The notes: generated by a model not told the origin, from the letters alone. DNA of 64,000 nucleotides from Candidatus Latescibacterota bacterium (GCA_965226795.1 CBDDDZ010000005.1:1088001-1152000); one strand, 5' to 3'. Counted from the first letter of the stretch, positions 47,480 through 58,564 are shown. Numbers and translations are program-made.

Positions 47480-48079
47480 ATGACCCTTCTCTGCGTTCAG
47501 CGGGTCGTGGCACGTACGATATCGGCGGTACTCAGCCCGCCGCTCGCGGCGGCCGGCGTGTCGTTCCTGTTGATTTTCCGGCTCACGGCGCCCCTGACAC
47601 ATCGCGCCGGCTGGCTGAGCATTTGTCTGGTCTTTGCGACCTGTTTGCCGACGCTATATGTCGGACTCCTGGTGGCGCGCAAGGAGGTGGATGGATTCTA
47701 TATTGCAATTCGATCCCGCCGCCGGACGCCGCTGCTGGTGAGTTCCGCAAGTTGCTTCGCGGGATTTGTCCTGCTGTGGGCTACGGACGCGCCCCCGCCG
47801 GTTAGTGCGTTTTTGCTCAGCTATGCCGTGCTGGGACTGATAGCCGCCGGGACGAACGCGCGATGGAAGATAAGCCTGCATGCGGCGGGCATGTTTGGTC
47901 CGTTGGCGATGCTTCATCATTTGCTGGGGACTTCGGCCATATACTGGCTTCCCCTGCCGTTGGCGGTCTCGTGGGCGCGTATCGTTATTGGCGCGCACTC
48001 GATTCCGCAGGTTGCGGCCGGCTGCGGGATGGGCTATCTGGTCGTCCGGGTCGTGGCCGCTCTGTATATGACCGACTGA
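47480..48079 (+). CDS. Integral membrane protein, PAP2-phosphatase-like
   Basis: ARTISAVLSP, R..R..PL, WKISLHAAG, VSWARIVIGAHSIPQV..G; GAGGA RBS before ATG 47480. Confidence 0.7.
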   Translation: MTLLCVQRVVARTISAVLSPPLAAAGVSFLLIFRLTAPLTHRAGWLSICLVFATCLPTLYVGLLVARKEVDGFYIAIRSRRRTPLLVSSASCFAGFVLLWATDAPPPVSAFLLSYAVLGLIAAGTNARWKISLHAAGMFGPLAMLHHLLGTSAIYWLPLPLAVSWARIVIGAHSIPQVAAGCGMGYLVVRVVAALYMTD

Positions 48080-48164
48080 ACCGAGGAGGTAGTTTTTCCC
48101 GTCTTGCCCGCCAGAGAAAACCCCGGATGATCGTTATCCGGAGTTTTAAGAGATATACAAAGGA

Positions 48165-49397
48165 CTAACCTCCATAAACTTCCGTGTCCTGCCAGAACGT
48201 GATCCATGCGAACCAGAAGGCGCCGTGCCCCGGGATTTTTAGCAGCACATTGTCTTTCAGGGGCCCCGCAATAGCCCGGCCTTTCAAATCCCATGTGGAA
48301 TGGGTCTCCCGATCCCGCAACATGAAGGGGTAGGTCTGCAAGGTGGACGGAATTTTCTCAAAGTTCAGCGTCAGTTGTCCATAGTCCCGGCTGAAGGCCA
48401 CAGCCATTTGTTCGGCCGCATACCATACCACAACGATGTTTCTTTCCGCCAGCGTGTCATTGATTACCGCCTCTTCGCCCAGGGCCGATAGCGGATATGC
48501 TTTTGCTTTTTCGACAAACCGAATCCCGAACGTCAGTTCCTTGGGTAAAAAGAGCCCCGCGAGCGGATTGTCTTCAAGACGTGGAAACAACTGAGACCGC
48601 GGGCCGGAATCGGGATCCCGGTATAATCCATAAGGATAAACATTATAAACGCTTACGTCAAACGCGCCAGGTGTGTTGCTGCTGATGACGAACGTGTCGG
48701 GATAGAGTTGTTTCCAGTATCGCCACGTGGTTTCAATGAATGGCGGGGTATTCAGAATCCATCCGGTCCTGACGCCTGAAATGCCCGTATGTGTCATCTG
48801 GGGATAGCGAATCTGTTCGTCGTTCAGATCGTACATAATCAGGTTGTTGTTAAAGAGTTCTCCGGATGCGCCAAACTTGAGCCGGTTGATCGCGCCGCCA
48901 CTCCACGCCGCGAATACGATGCCGCTGCCTGTTAACGGCGAGAATGTGACCGCGATCGGCTGGCCACCGATGCGGTCGTTGACGATCTGGTGGTACCACG
49001 CGATTTTGTGGGGATAGGCTTTGGAAATGCCGTTGAGACGCACGCCGATTACCGGGTCGTCGTCCGACAGATAACGGGCTTCAGCGGAAGCGGCGGGAAC
49101 AAACCGCGGGTCGATCAGGGCCGATGCAGCGTCATTTTGAGAAACCCGCCCGATTTTGTCGTGGGGAAATGTCAGTGGGTTGAGGAAATTTCGCTCGGTG
49201 AAGTTGACGGACCGGGTTCCGCTCGAATCCGAATTGCCACCCGCGCCGTCCTGGAGGACGGTTTTGAAGTTCTCGGTGCCGTGCCGATCGGGCGAGTCGG
49301 CTGAATCGGTGGGTGTTTCCCTTCCGCAGTTTAGGACGCTTAATAGTAGGAGAGACAGAGGAAGCAGGAATGGGAGTCGTGTAATCAAGGGCGTCAT
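48165..49397 (-). CDS. DUF3179 family lipoprotein (Ser variant)
   Basis: Lipobox VLN-C; ALIDPRF, KAYP..I.WYHQIVND, TFSPLTGSG, FGASGELFNNNLIMYD, AFWFAW. Confidence 0.8.
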   Translation of the reverse strand: MTPLITRLPFLLPLSLLLLSVLNCGRETPTDSADSPDRHGTENFKTVLQDGAGGNSDSSGTRSVNFTERNFLNPLTFPHDKIGRVSQNDAASALIDPRFVPAASAEARYLSDDDPVIGVRLNGISKAYPHKIAWYHQIVNDRIGGQPIAVTFSPLTGSGIVFAAWSGGAINRLKFGASGELFNNNLIMYDLNDEQIRYPQMTHTGISGVRTGWILNTPPFIETTWRYWKQLYPDTFVISSNTPGAFDVSVYNVYPYGLYRDPDSGPRSQLFPRLEDNPLAGLFLPKELTFGIRFVEKAKAYPLSALGEEAVINDTLAERNIVVVWYAAEQMAVAFSRDYGQLTLNFEKIPSTLQTYPFMLRDRETHSTWDLKGRAIAGPLKDNVLLKIPGHGAFWFAWITFWQDTEVYGG

Positions 49398-49553
49398 ATC
49401 AATTCGTCACCGGCGCTAAATCTGGAGGGTTATGTTTCCGACCACGTCGGGACGTGAACGAAACTGTCGGACGCGGCAAGCCCTTTTCCCGTCGCAAATG
49501 GCCCGGCCCCGTAGTGGCGGGACCGGGCCGGGCGCATCAGGTTTTACCGGGGC

Positions 49554-50177
49554 CTACCTGAAGAACATCGATACCCCGACCGTCGCAACGTGCCGGTTCA
49601 GGCGCCGGCCCCCGGTAAACAGGGCGACGTAAGAGTACCGGGTGGTGAGCGCCGTCCGGTAGGAAAGTACGCGCCTGAGCCCGATTCCTCCGCCCACTTC
49701 GCCAATGTCGTCCCACCCCCAGAAGTCTCTGGCGGCGAATGCCTCGAGGAACGGCGAGGTGCGCCTGTCCACTTTTAGCGGAATGTTGAGCCTATAGAAG
49801 CCGGCCATCGAGCAGCCGAATCCGTCTTCGGCCGACACGGGGTATCCCGTTGTGGTCTGTACGGGCGGCCGCGGTGTCTCTATTAGTTCTCTTCGATCTC
49901 CCCAGCGATCGTTCGCCTGATTGCCGGCCACAAAGGACCCGCCGATCTGGTGCAGGCGGCTCAGTGAATATCCAACCGACACGCCGCCTTGATAGACCAC
50001 TGAGCCGTCGGAAATACCGACCGACAGAATGGGGATGACCTCCAGACGTCCCGCGCGAACGGGATTCAGGGTCACGCCCGTTTCACCTACGGGTTCCTCT
50101 CCCGGAAAAAGGTCGGCGTGCGCGAGGGTCGCCCATGCCAGCATTCCAGCCGTCAGAAAAACGATTACGCTTCTCAT
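49554..50177 (-). CDS. Secreted protein, probable small outer-membrane beta-barrel
   Basis: Signal peptide ending AHA; alternating beta strands, GGGIGLR, C-terminal VGVSMFFR. Confidence 0.55.
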   Translation of the reverse strand: MRSVIVFLTAGMLAWATLAHADLFPGEEPVGETGVTLNPVRAGRLEVIPILSVGISDGSVVYQGGVSVGYSLSRLHQIGGSFVAGNQANDRWGDRRELIETPRPPVQTTTGYPVSAEDGFGCSMAGFYRLNIPLKVDRRTSPFLEAFAARDFWGWDDIGEVGGGIGLRRVLSYRTALTTRYSYVALFTGGRRLNRHVATVGVSMFFR

Positions 50178-50284
50178 GGTGCGAATCCTTTCTTTATGTG
50201 GTGTCCGTTCAGCGCGCCAGCGGACAACCTTCCTGTCATGGCAATGGATTCCGCGGTATTGCCGTCGCTGAAAAGGATTTTTCT

Positions 50285-51049
50285 TTAGATACAACCCGGA
50301 ATGGAGGCGCCCCTGACCAGCATGGCGTCGTTGTCTTCGGCCGGCCCCGTATAGCGGCACCTTGCGCTGACGTAGTGCGTGGCATACCCCCGACGGCGCA
50401 GATTGGACTTGTTTGGCCTGCTGCTGTGCAGAATCAGACCATGGTGAAAACTGCAGCTGCCCACTTTCAACTCTATGGGCCGCTCTTCCGGCAGTCTACC
50501 GTCAAGTGACATCTGTTCATAGTCCGCCCATTTCTCCGTGGTAATGATCCCGAACCGGTGCGTGCCCGGCAGCATCCAGAGGCAACCGTTTTCTATGGTT
50601 GCGTCATTCAACGCCGCCCAGCAGGTGACCATATCGGGCGGGTCGATGTGGAATCCGAGTGGCATATCCTGGTGGTAGTGTTGTCTGGAGCCAATTCTGG
50701 GCGGCTTCATGAACCACTGGTCCTGGTAAAGCTTGAGGTCCGGGCCGAGCAGGGACTCGATCACGTCCAGAACCTTCGGATTTCGCGCGTGGGATTCGAA
50801 TACGTCGTCGCAGAACGCGAGATGGCTCATCTTCCGCAGTGAATCCGCATATGTGTCTGCCGCCGCCTTTCCTGAGTTCACCTCGGGTTCCACCTGTAGT
50901 CGCTGTCTGGTTACGTGTGGCGCCTGGCCACTGGCTACCCATTCCGCTCTCGCAAGGAGCGCTCCGACTTCATCCGGGTCGAGCAGGTCTTCAACCACCA
51001 GCACGCCTTCTTCCCGGAAGCTCGCCACCTGGGTCTCGGACAGCTTCAT
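50285..51049 (-). CDS. Phytanoyl-CoA dioxygenase (PhyH) family protein
   Basis: FMKPP, YHQD, WAALNDATIENGCLWMLPGTH, FHHGLILHSSRPN...RR. Confidence 0.92.
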   Translation of the reverse strand: MKLSETQVASFREEGVLVVEDLLDPDEVGALLARAEWVASGQAPHVTRQRLQVEPEVNSGKAAADTYADSLRKMSHLAFCDDVFESHARNPKVLDVIESLLGPDLKLYQDQWFMKPPRIGSRQHYHQDMPLGFHIDPPDMVTCWAALNDATIENGCLWMLPGTHRFGIITTEKWADYEQMSLDGRLPEERPIELKVGSCSFHHGLILHSSRPNKSNLRRRGYATHYVSARCRYTGPAEDNDAMLVRGASIPGCI

Positions 51050-51208
51050 TTCACACCTCTTTTTCTCCGGGTTCCAAAAGCGAAACAGGAGAGATGGACC
51101 CCTGAGCGGCCGCAGGCGCCATCCGGCAGAGCGTGGGGTTTCGCGTTGCCGATGCGGCCCGCTTTATAATACCCGCATGTCCGAAGCGTGCGAACCGCGA
51201 CCAAATGT

Positions 51209-52156
51209 TCATCTCGCGCCGTGCTTGAAGTCCCGCGGAAAAGGACTGCCCTTATAGGAGAGGCCAACGACCGCCATCCAACCCGCTGGATAGTTCCGGC
51301 CGCCCACGGAAATGTTCATGGCCGTTTCCACAGTGAATGTTCGAAACGGACCAAGGTTAATCACAGGGGAAATATAGGTGATATTCTTGATGTCCGAATG
51401 GATTTTGGCGTTAAAGACGGTAGCGGCCTTTCCACGGACGCCATGGAATTTTACGCCGGCCAGCGCCATTCGGTGCACCTGGAAGCCGGCCTCCGCAACG
51501 AAGAACCACTCGTCGCCAGGATCCCGGTCGATCTCCCCGTTCTTTAGTCGAAGCCTGTATCCGACATCCGAGTTGACGTAAGCCGGAATGGGCCAGAAGG
51601 AGCGGCCCAATTGGAAAATGGCATCGAAATCCCACTGTCCTTCCCCGACGGGGATCAGACCGTCTTCGTTGACAAATTCGCCGGTTGGCGCCTTGAAACC
51701 CAATTTCAATGTGCCCACAGTGCGCAGGTTCAACAGATTGACTTTGAGAAATCCGCGGATATCTCCAAAGCCGGTTGCCGTTCGGGGTTCCCCGAAGCCG
51801 GTAAGGAGGGCCGTGTCCTGGTATTCCTGCCTGAAAAAGGGTACCTGCAGTCCAATATCGAATCTGTCCGTTGCACCGTAAAAAAGATCGAAAAACAAGG
51901 CACGGGAGCTATGCATGCCGTCAAACCTGAACCTGGCGCGGTCTCCTTCCCTGTAGACCCGCGTGGGATCCGGCCCTCTTCCGGATCCGGCGGCGCCGAC
52001 GTATTCTTCGCCGGTTGTCTGGCTCAGATAGGCAACCTTGCACCAAATGTGATTTCTGGGAAGCGTCCAGGCGCCTGCGATTGCGTTGTGGGGCGCGTAA
52101 CAGGCGGCGATAACGAAAAGGGCGACAGTGGCCGGCCTCCGAAGCGCAGTCGTCAT
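51209..52156 (-). CDS. Outer-membrane transporter/porin-like protein
   Basis: Signal peptide then AGAWTLP; YGATDRFDIGLQVPF, TGFGDI, FKAPTG, GEGQWD; start uncertain (52156 or 52168). Confidence 0.65.
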   Translation of the reverse strand: MTTALRRPATVALFVIAACYAPHNAIAGAWTLPRNHIWCKVAYLSQTTGEEYVGAAGSGRGPDPTRVYREGDRARFRFDGMHSSRALFFDLFYGATDRFDIGLQVPFFRQEYQDTALLTGFGEPRTATGFGDIRGFLKVNLLNLRTVGTLKLGFKAPTGEFVNEDGLIPVGEGQWDFDAIFQLGRSFWPIPAYVNSDVGYRLRLKNGEIDRDPGDEWFFVAEAGFQVHRMALAGVKFHGVRGKAATVFNAKIHSDIKNITYISPVINLGPFRTFTVETAMNISVGGRNYPAGWMAVVGLSYKGSPFPRDFKHGAR

Positions 52157-52275
52157 GTAACGGACCACGTGTCGGGACGAGGAGACGGGACCCGCGTCAT
52201 CGATACCCGAAAAGTGAGATTAGCCAATAGCCCATCCATTTGGATTCGGAGTACCGGGTGTTCCCCGGACCGTGT

Positions 52276-53451
52276 TCAGGGCACGTAAACCCCGGTGTCC
52301 TGCCAGAAGGTTGCCCAGGCGAACCAGAATGCGTTGTGTGCCGGGATCTGATAGAGATGGCTGCCTTTGAGTTCGCCCGCCGATGCCTGTCCCAGCAGGT
52401 TCCAGGTGGTGCCGGTTTCCCGGTCTTTCAGCAAAAAGGAAAACCGCCGATTTGTCGAAGGCACTCTGTCGAAAGTGAGTGTCCGATTACCCACATCCCG
52501 ACGGAAAGGCAGGGCCATCCGGGCTGCGGCATCGTAAATAACAAGGACGTTGTGATCCCCGATCTTGTCGTTGATAACGGCCTGATCGCCGCCCATTTGC
52601 GAAAAGGGATAGGCCATGGCGAGGTTCCCGAATCGAACGCCCAGTACCATCTCTTTGAGGGGATAATCGAAAACGATGGGATTGTTGTCCGGTTCGGGAA
52701 ACAGGGGGAACAGCGGCGCCGACCCCGGGTTGCGGTAGCCGGTGTAGGGGTACACAGTGTAGCGTTCCGAGCGGAACGTTCCCCTGGACCCGGAACTCAC
52801 GACCAGCGTGCCCGGGTAGAGCCTCTTCCAGTTGCCCCACGTGGTTTCGATCACGGGCATCAGCGTGAGGTGCCGTTCGGTGCCGAACCCCTTAATGCCG
52901 ATGTGAGTCATCTGCGGGTAAAGGGTGTCGTCATGGCGACGGTCGTACATAACGAGATTGTTATTGAACAGCAGGCCGGATACACCGAGTTCCAACCGCT
53001 CGTCGCCCTCGCCCTGGCCGTCGAAGACCATTCCGGTGCCGGTGAGCGGGCATAGCGTGACAACCAGGTGCCGGTCGCTGGTGACGTCATTGATGATTTC
53101 ATGGTGCCAACCGATATTGTGCGGATAGGCCTTGGCGATGCCGTTGAGGTAGAGACCAAGTACAAGATCGTCATCCTTGAGGTAGGCGGCATAACCGGTA
53201 CTCTCGCGGACAAAATCCGGGTCTGTCAGCGCAGGAATGCCGTCTTTGGCCACGCTACCACTTATCAGATGGTTCATGGGAAAACGGGAGACGTCCAGAA
53301 AATTACTGGACGGCAGCGATGAGGTCCTTCCGGCCTCTCCGCCGCTTCCGGTACCCGCGGGGGACACGGGAACGGGGGGACTGCTGCCGCCGCAAGCGGA
53401 GAGCGCACCGGCAATAAAGAACGGATACGCGAGATGACAGAGACGATTCAT
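52276..53451 (-). CDS. DUF3179 family lipoprotein (Cys variant)
   Basis: Lipobox LSA-C; KDGIPALTDPDF, KAYP..I.WHHEIIND, TLCPLTGTG, LGVSGLLFNNNLVMYDR, AFWFAWATF. Confidence 0.88.
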   Translation of the reverse strand: MNRLCHLAYPFFIAGALSACGGSSPPVPVSPAGTGSGGEAGRTSSLPSSNFLDVSRFPMNHLISGSVAKDGIPALTDPDFVRESTGYAAYLKDDDLVLGLYLNGIAKAYPHNIGWHHEIINDVTSDRHLVVTLCPLTGTGMVFDGQGEGDERLELGVSGLLFNNNLVMYDRRHDDTLYPQMTHIGIKGFGTERHLTLMPVIETTWGNWKRLYPGTLVVSSGSRGTFRSERYTVYPYTGYRNPGSAPLFPLFPEPDNNPIVFDYPLKEMVLGVRFGNLAMAYPFSQMGGDQAVINDKIGDHNVLVIYDAAARMALPFRRDVGNRTLTFDRVPSTNRRFSFLLKDRETGTTWNLLGQASAGELKGSHLYQIPAHNAFWFAWATFWQDTGVYVP

Positions 53452-53775
53452 GTATTACCCATTCAATCGTGAGTCTCCGTAAACGACCTCTCCGGACTCG
53501 TGCGCGTCAGTTGGTCGGCGTAACGTCTTCTTGTAATGAAATTTAAGCAGATTGAGCGAAAAATAAAAGTACAATAAGCGCCGAATCGTCGTATTTTTGC
53601 GGCCGCGGCTGATTTTGCGTATTCGTTCCGATTCGAACGGCCTCGTAGAGGCAGGAAAATATCGAGCGTGACGAAAGTCAGGATCTTGCGCATAGTTCTT
53701 GCTTTTCTAACGATCCATGTCTAAATTATCTATACATTTGGTCACTGTTTTTTCGACTGCGATAGTATCCCGAGG

Positions 53776-55791
53776 ATGATGATGACGAGATTCAGGGTCC
53801 AGGCGCCGTTTGAACCGTCCGGCGACCAGCCCGAGGCCATCGCCGAATTGAGCGAGGGCGTTCAACGGGGCGACCGGTTTCAGACGCTCATGGGGGCGAC
53901 TGGCACGGGCAAGACGTTTACGGTTTCGAAGGTCATCGAGGCGATACAGATGCCAACCCTGGTGATCTCGCACAACAAGACCCTGGCGGCTCAGCTCTAC
54001 GGTGAATTCAACACGTTCTTTCCGGACAACGCGGTGGAGTATTTCATATCCTATTACGACTACTATCAGCCGGAGGCCTATAAGCCGGTAACCGATACGT
54101 TCATCGAAAAGGAAGCGGATATCAACGATGAGATCAACCGGCTGCGCCTGCGTGCGACGAGCGCGTTGATGGAACGCCAGGATGTGATCATCGTGGCCAG
54201 CGTATCATGTATTTACGGAATCGGCAATCCGGAAGAGTACAAAGGTATGCACGTCATGATCGACCGGGGGGAAAGGCTGGACCGGGACGATTTGCTTCGC
54301 CGCCTGGTGGATATACACTATACGAGGAACGACGTGGATTTCGGCCCGGGTTCGTTTCGGGTTCGCGGCGATGTGGTGGAGATCCATCGACCCGACCGGG
54401 ACGATCCGGTTCGCGTGGAGTTCTTCGGAGACGAAGTGGACGCGATCAGTCTGGTGCGACCGGTGACCGGAGAGGTGCTGGAGACGCGGGAACGGGCGGC
54501 GATTTACCCGGCGCGGCATTTCGTGACCAGCGGCGAGCGGATTGAGCGGGCGATCGAGCAGATCGAGATTGACATGGCCAGGCAGCTTGACGAATTCAGA
54601 AACCAGGGGAAACTGCTGGAAGCCCAGCGGCTGGAGACCCGTACGCGGTACGATATAGAGATGATGCGTGAGATCGGCTACTGCGCCGGAATCGAGAATT
54701 ACTCGAGATATATCGATGGGAGGGATCCCGGCCAGCCGCCCCACGTTTTGCTGGACTATTTCCCGGAGGAATTCCTGGTTGTCATCGACGAGTCGCACGT
54801 GACGTTGCCACAGATCCGGGGGATGTGGAACGCCGATCGATCGCGAAAGACGACACTGGTGGAACACGGGTTCAGGCTGCCCGCCGCGCTGGACAACCGT
54901 CCGCTGTATTTAGAGGAATTCGAAGGCAAGGTGAAGTCGGCGATTTTCATGTCCGCCACACCTGCGGATTATGAACTGGAAAAGACAAAGGGCATTGTGG
55001 TCGAGCAGATTATACGGCCCACCGGTGTTCCGGATCCGGAGATGCTGGTGCGTCCGATCCGCGGGCAGGTGGACGATCTGATCGACGAGGTCCGCGAGCG
55101 GGTGGGCCGGAAAGAACGGGTGCTTGTAACCGCGCTGACCAAGAGAATGTCGGAGGATCTGGCCGAATACATGCGTGATCTGGGTATTCGCGCACGCTAT
55201 ATTCATTCGGAAATTGACTCGCTGGAGCGCGTCGAGATTATCAGGGGATTGCGGCTGGGCGAATTCGATGTTCTGGTGGGCGTGAATCTGTTGCGCGAGG
55301 GGCTGGATCTGCCTGAAGTGTCCCTTGTGGCGATTCTGGATGCGGATAAAGAGGGCTTTCTGCGCTCGACGCGTTCGCTGATTCAGACGGCGGGCCGGGC
55401 GGCCCGGAATCTGGCCGGCAAGGTCATATTGTACGCGGACAAGGTGACGGACTCCATGCGACGGGCAATCGAAGAAACTGACCGCAGGCGGCAGGTGCAG
55501 CAGGCATACAATGAGCGGCTGGGTGTTGTGCCTCAGACGATCTACAAGAGCAGGGATGAGATTCTGCAATCCACGGCGGTCGCCGATGCCAGACCGAAGG
55601 AGATGCCGTTTGCGGCGGAGGAGACGTCCGGGTACGAGGTCGGCACCGACCTGCTGGAGGCAATCGCGGATCTGGAAGACAAAATGGCCAGGGCCGCTGC
55701 GCAACTGGCGTTCGAAAGAGCGGCCGAATATCGGGACGAGATTACCAGGCTGAAAGCGGGCATGAAGGGGGTCTCGGGCGGCACCGCGTAG
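53776..55791 (+). CDS. uvrB: Excinuclease ABC subunit B
   Basis: [63 protein letters not shown]-terminal UVR domain. Confidence 0.98.
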   Translation: MMMTRFRVQAPFEPSGDQPEAIAELSEGVQRGDRFQTLMGATGTGKTFTVSKVIEAIQMPTLVISHNKTLAAQLYGEFNTFFPDNAVEYFISYYDYYQPEAYKPVTDTFIEKEADINDEINRLRLRATSALMERQDVIIVASVSCIYGIGNPEEYKGMHVMIDRGERLDRDDLLRRLVDIHYTRNDVDFGPGSFRVRGDVVEIHRPDRDDPVRVEFFGDEVDAISLVRPVTGEVLETRERAAIYPARHFVTSGERIERAIEQIEIDMARQLDEFRNQGKLLEAQRLETRTRYDIEMMREIGYCAGIENYSRYIDGRDPGQPPHVLLDYFPEEFLVVIDESHVTLPQIRGMWNADRSRKTTLVEHGFRLPAALDNRPLYLEEFEGKVKSAIFMSATPADYELEKTKGIVVEQIIRPTGVPDPEMLVRPIRGQVDDLIDEVRERVGRKERVLVTALTKRMSEDLAEYMRDLGIRARYIHSEIDSLERVEIIRGLRLGEFDVLVGVNLLREGLDLPEVSLVAILDADKEGFLRSTRSLIQTAGRAARNLAGKVILYADKVTDSMRRAIEETDRRRQVQQAYNERLGVVPQTIYKSRDEILQSTAVADARPKEMPFAAEETSGYEVGTDLLEAIADLEDKMARAAAQLAFERAAEYRDEITRLKAGMKGVSGGTA

Positions 55792-55809
55792 AATGGGATT
55801 TGGACCGAC

Positions 55810-56673
55810 ATGGCGAACCTGTCTGAATGGGATGGTATCGACCGCGTCGTCGACGCAGCGATCCGGGAAGACGTGGGCGACGGCGACATTTCTACCGCTT
55901 GGACTGTTCGCGAGAACACGCAAGCCCGAGCCGTGTTGATTGCAAGGGCGCCGGGTGTGATCGCGGGGCTGCCGGTGGCGGAACGGGTATTTCAGCGGGT
56001 TCATTCTGGAATCCAGGTGACGCCCCGAACCACGGACGGCGCGCGCGTTCAAGTCGAGGATGTGCTGGCGGACGTCGCAGGCCCGGCCCGGGGCATCCTG
56101 ACGGCGGAGCGGACGGCGTTGAATTTCCTGCAGCGTATGTCGGGAATCGCAACGATGGCGGCAGCCTACGTGGCCGCCGTTGCAGGGACGGGCGTCAGCA
56201 TTCTCGATACCCGGAAAACCGCGCCCGGACTGCGGATGCTGGACAAGTATGCGGTTGTCGCCGGGGGAGGAACCAGCCATCGGATGGGATTGCACGATAT
56301 GGTGCTTCTCAAGGAAAACCATATCGAAGCGGCGGACGGTATCGGACCGGCGGTCGCCGCGGTGAAGGCGGCAATGGCCCGGGACCGCAGGCGCGTCATG
56401 ATCGAAGTGGAGGTAAAAACCCTTCGTGAGTTGGACGACGCGCTGGCCGTGGGAGTGGACCGGGTGATGCTCGATAATATGGATCTGCAGACCACGCGCC
56501 TCGCGGTGGCGCGGGCAATGGCGTACGGACAGGAGAGGCCGCTTCTGGAAGCATCCGGCAACGTCACACTTGAAACCGTTCGCACCGTGGCCGAGACCGG
56601 TGTGGACCTGATCTCGGTCGGTGCGTTGACGCATTCGGCGCCCTCCATGGACATGAGTCTGTTGTTCCAATGA
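55810..56673 (+). CDS. nadC: Quinolinate phosphoribosyltransferase (nicotinate-nucleotide pyrophosphorylase)
   Basis: EDVGDGDIST, ERTALNFLQRMSGIAT, DTRKTAPG, HRMGL, KENH, MLDN, EASGNV, GALTHS. Confidence 0.97.
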   Translation: MANLSEWDGIDRVVDAAIREDVGDGDISTAWTVRENTQARAVLIARAPGVIAGLPVAERVFQRVHSGIQVTPRTTDGARVQVEDVLADVAGPARGILTAERTALNFLQRMSGIATMAAAYVAAVAGTGVSILDTRKTAPGLRMLDKYAVVAGGGTSHRMGLHDMVLLKENHIEAADGIGPAVAAVKAAMARDRRRVMIEVEVKTLRELDDALAVGVDRVMLDNMDLQTTRLAVARAMAYGQERPLLEASGNVTLETVRTVAETGVDLISVGALTHSAPSMDMSLLFQ

Positions 56674-57704
56674 GTGCGAAGCGGCCGTGTTTTTCCACGG
56701 AATCATACGTCAACGCCGGCGGCGTTGAGACCCCCATTTCGTATCGCGTACTCGAGGTGCTGGGCAAACAGCGCGCGGAGCGGGTCCCTATCGAAAACCT
56801 GGCCGCAGCGCTGTCGTGTAAGCCCGAAGCTGTCGGCAGCGCCATAGACGCGATGCGGCGCCTCGGGTATACCGTTTCGGATTGTCCCGGCGCCGGCATA
56901 CGCCTGGAAACCGAAACGGATGTGATCCTCCGGGCCGAACTTCTCGGAAGCCTGAGGACCCGTGTCCTGGGCCGGTCTCCCGCGTGTTTCCTGGAGTTGG
57001 ATTCAACAAATGCATTGGCCGCGCGTGCCGCTCTCGCCGGCGCACCGCACGGCACCGTGGTCGTTGCGGAACATCAGAGGGCCGGTCGCGGGCGTCTTGG
57101 CAGAAAGTGGTTTTCGCCGCCCGGCGTGGGACTCTGGTTTTCACTGATTCTCCGATACGAACTGAGGATTTCACACGCCTGGATGCTTACGCTCGGCGCG
57201 GCCGTCGCCCTGGCCGACGCCGTGGAGGTCTCGACCGGCGCCCGCCCCGATGTCCGGTGGCCCAACGACCTGTATCTGAACGACCGCAAGCTTGCGGGCA
57301 TCCTGACCGAGGCGCGCGGCGGCGTCGACGGATTGCGCTTCGCCGTTCTCGGTATCGGGATCAACGTGAACCAGGAACAGTCGGACTTTCCCGCAGGTCT
57401 GAAAGACATAGCGACATCCCTCAGGTGCGGCACGGGACGGGTGTACGAGCGGACGACAATTCTGGCCGAGGTGTTCCTGGCGCTGGAGCGGGTATACGCC
57501 AGCCTGGATGCCCGGAGGATTAGAAAATTGTGGAAGGGGAAAGCCCGGATGCTCGGCAAGCCGATTCGCATCATGACGAGCGCGGGCCCCGTTAAGGGCG
57601 TGGCCGAGGACGTCGGAACCGACGGCGCGCTCCTGGTACGGGGTGTCGATGGTGGGGTCAGGAGGGTCCTGATTGGAGACGTGGATGGCGGCGGTGCGGT
57701 TTAG
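56670..57704 (+). CDS. birA: Biotin--acetyl-CoA-carboxylase ligase with N-terminal HTH
   Basis: DSTN, VAEHQRAGRGRLGRKW, WPNDL...KLAGIL.E, GIGINVN, DGALLV. Confidence 0.93.
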   Translation: MSAKRPCFSTESYVNAGGVETPISYRVLEVLGKQRAERVPIENLAAALSCKPEAVGSAIDAMRRLGYTVSDCPGAGIRLETETDVILRAELLGSLRTRVLGRSPACFLELDSTNALAARAALAGAPHGTVVVAEHQRAGRGRLGRKWFSPPGVGLWFSLILRYELRISHAWMLTLGAAVALADAVEVSTGARPDVRWPNDLYLNDRKLAGILTEARGGVDGLRFAVLGIGINVNQEQSDFPAGLKDIATSLRCGTGRVYERTTILAEVFLALERVYASLDARRIRKLWKGKARMLGKPIRIMTSAGPVKGVAEDVGTDGALLVRGVDGGVRRVLIGDVDGGGAV

Positions 57705-57777
57705 CGTTTCATAACAAACGGACCCTCGTTTGCGGACACGTGGTTTCCGGTCCGATATGCCACTATTGAGTATCTGT

Positions 57778-58551
57778 ATGTTTCTTGCGCTTGACATCGG
57801 GAATTCCAGTATCGGTTGCGCCATATTCGACGGCAGCGACATGCGGACTCGCTGGTCCATGGACACCGACGTCGGGCTGGGCAGTGTCGAGTATTCAACG
57901 CGCCTGAGCGCCGTAATCGAACAGGGGGGTATCGAAATCCGGGCGATGGACGGAGCCATTGCTTCGTCCGTGGTCAGGGGAATGACAGAGGTTATGGGTA
58001 GGGCCGTCCGGACGTTGTCAGGGTGTCGTCTGATCGAGGCCGATGCCCGATCCGATCCGGGGATCGACGTCGCTGTGGAGAGGCCCGAGGCCGTGGGAGT
58101 CGACCGGCTTCTGGCAGCCGGGGCGGCGTTCCGGCTGGCCCGCGGCCCCGTGATTGTGGTTGATGCTGGAACCGCCCTGACCGTCGACCTGGTTTCAGCC
58201 GCGGGATGTTTCATGGGCGGAACGATCGCGCCGGGCCTGAAGGTCATGGCGAATTCGCTTGCATCGGGGACCAGTCTGCTGCCCGAGGTGAGCCTCCAGG
58301 CGCCGGCATCGGCGGTGGGGCGGGACACACATGAGTGCATACGGGCTGGCGTGGTGTTCGGGGCGGCTGGAGCCGTGGATCGTGTGGTCGAAGAACTGAT
58401 CGACATCGCGGAAGGGGCGCCGCGCGTGTTCCTGACCGGCGGAGATGCGCCGTTCCTTTCACCTTATCTCAAATTGTCGCACGTTTCTGAACCGGACCTT
58501 GTGCTGCGTGGGCTTGCTTACGCGTTCAGGCGACGGCATCATCCAACGTAG
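57778..58551 (+). CDS. coaX: Type III pantothenate kinase
   Basis: LALDIGNS, SSVV, VGVDR, VVDAGTALT.D, GGTIAPG, LTGGDA, LVLRGL. Confidence 0.95.
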   Translation: MFLALDIGNSSIGCAIFDGSDMRTRWSMDTDVGLGSVEYSTRLSAVIEQGGIEIRAMDGAIASSVVRGMTEVMGRAVRTLSGCRLIEADARSDPGIDVAVERPEAVGVDRLLAAGAAFRLARGPVIVVDAGTALTVDLVSAAGCFMGGTIAPGLKVMANSLASGTSLLPEVSLQAPASAVGRDTHECIRAGVVFGAAGAVDRVVEELIDIAEGAPRVFLTGGDAPFLSPYLKLSHVSEPDLVLRGLAYAFRRRHHPT

Positions 58552-58564
58552 GGAGGCGGTTCGG

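Noticed and set aside
48165..53451. Selenocysteine recoding in the DUF3179 genes
   Set aside because: Both ORFs are full length with no in-frame TGA
53620..53640. LexA box before uvrB (GTTCCGATTCGAAC)
   Set aside because: Orientation and spacing do not match CTGT-N8-ACAG, GAAC-N4-GTTC or GTTC-N7-GTTC; kept only as a weak look-alike of the 38846 motif
54910..56706. 598-aa minus-strand ORF and similar long antisense ORFs (12126-13406, 19687-20841, 57171-58406, 47-1000)
   Set aside because: They are shadows of well-supported genes on the opposite strand in GC-rich DNA and have no recognisable motifs
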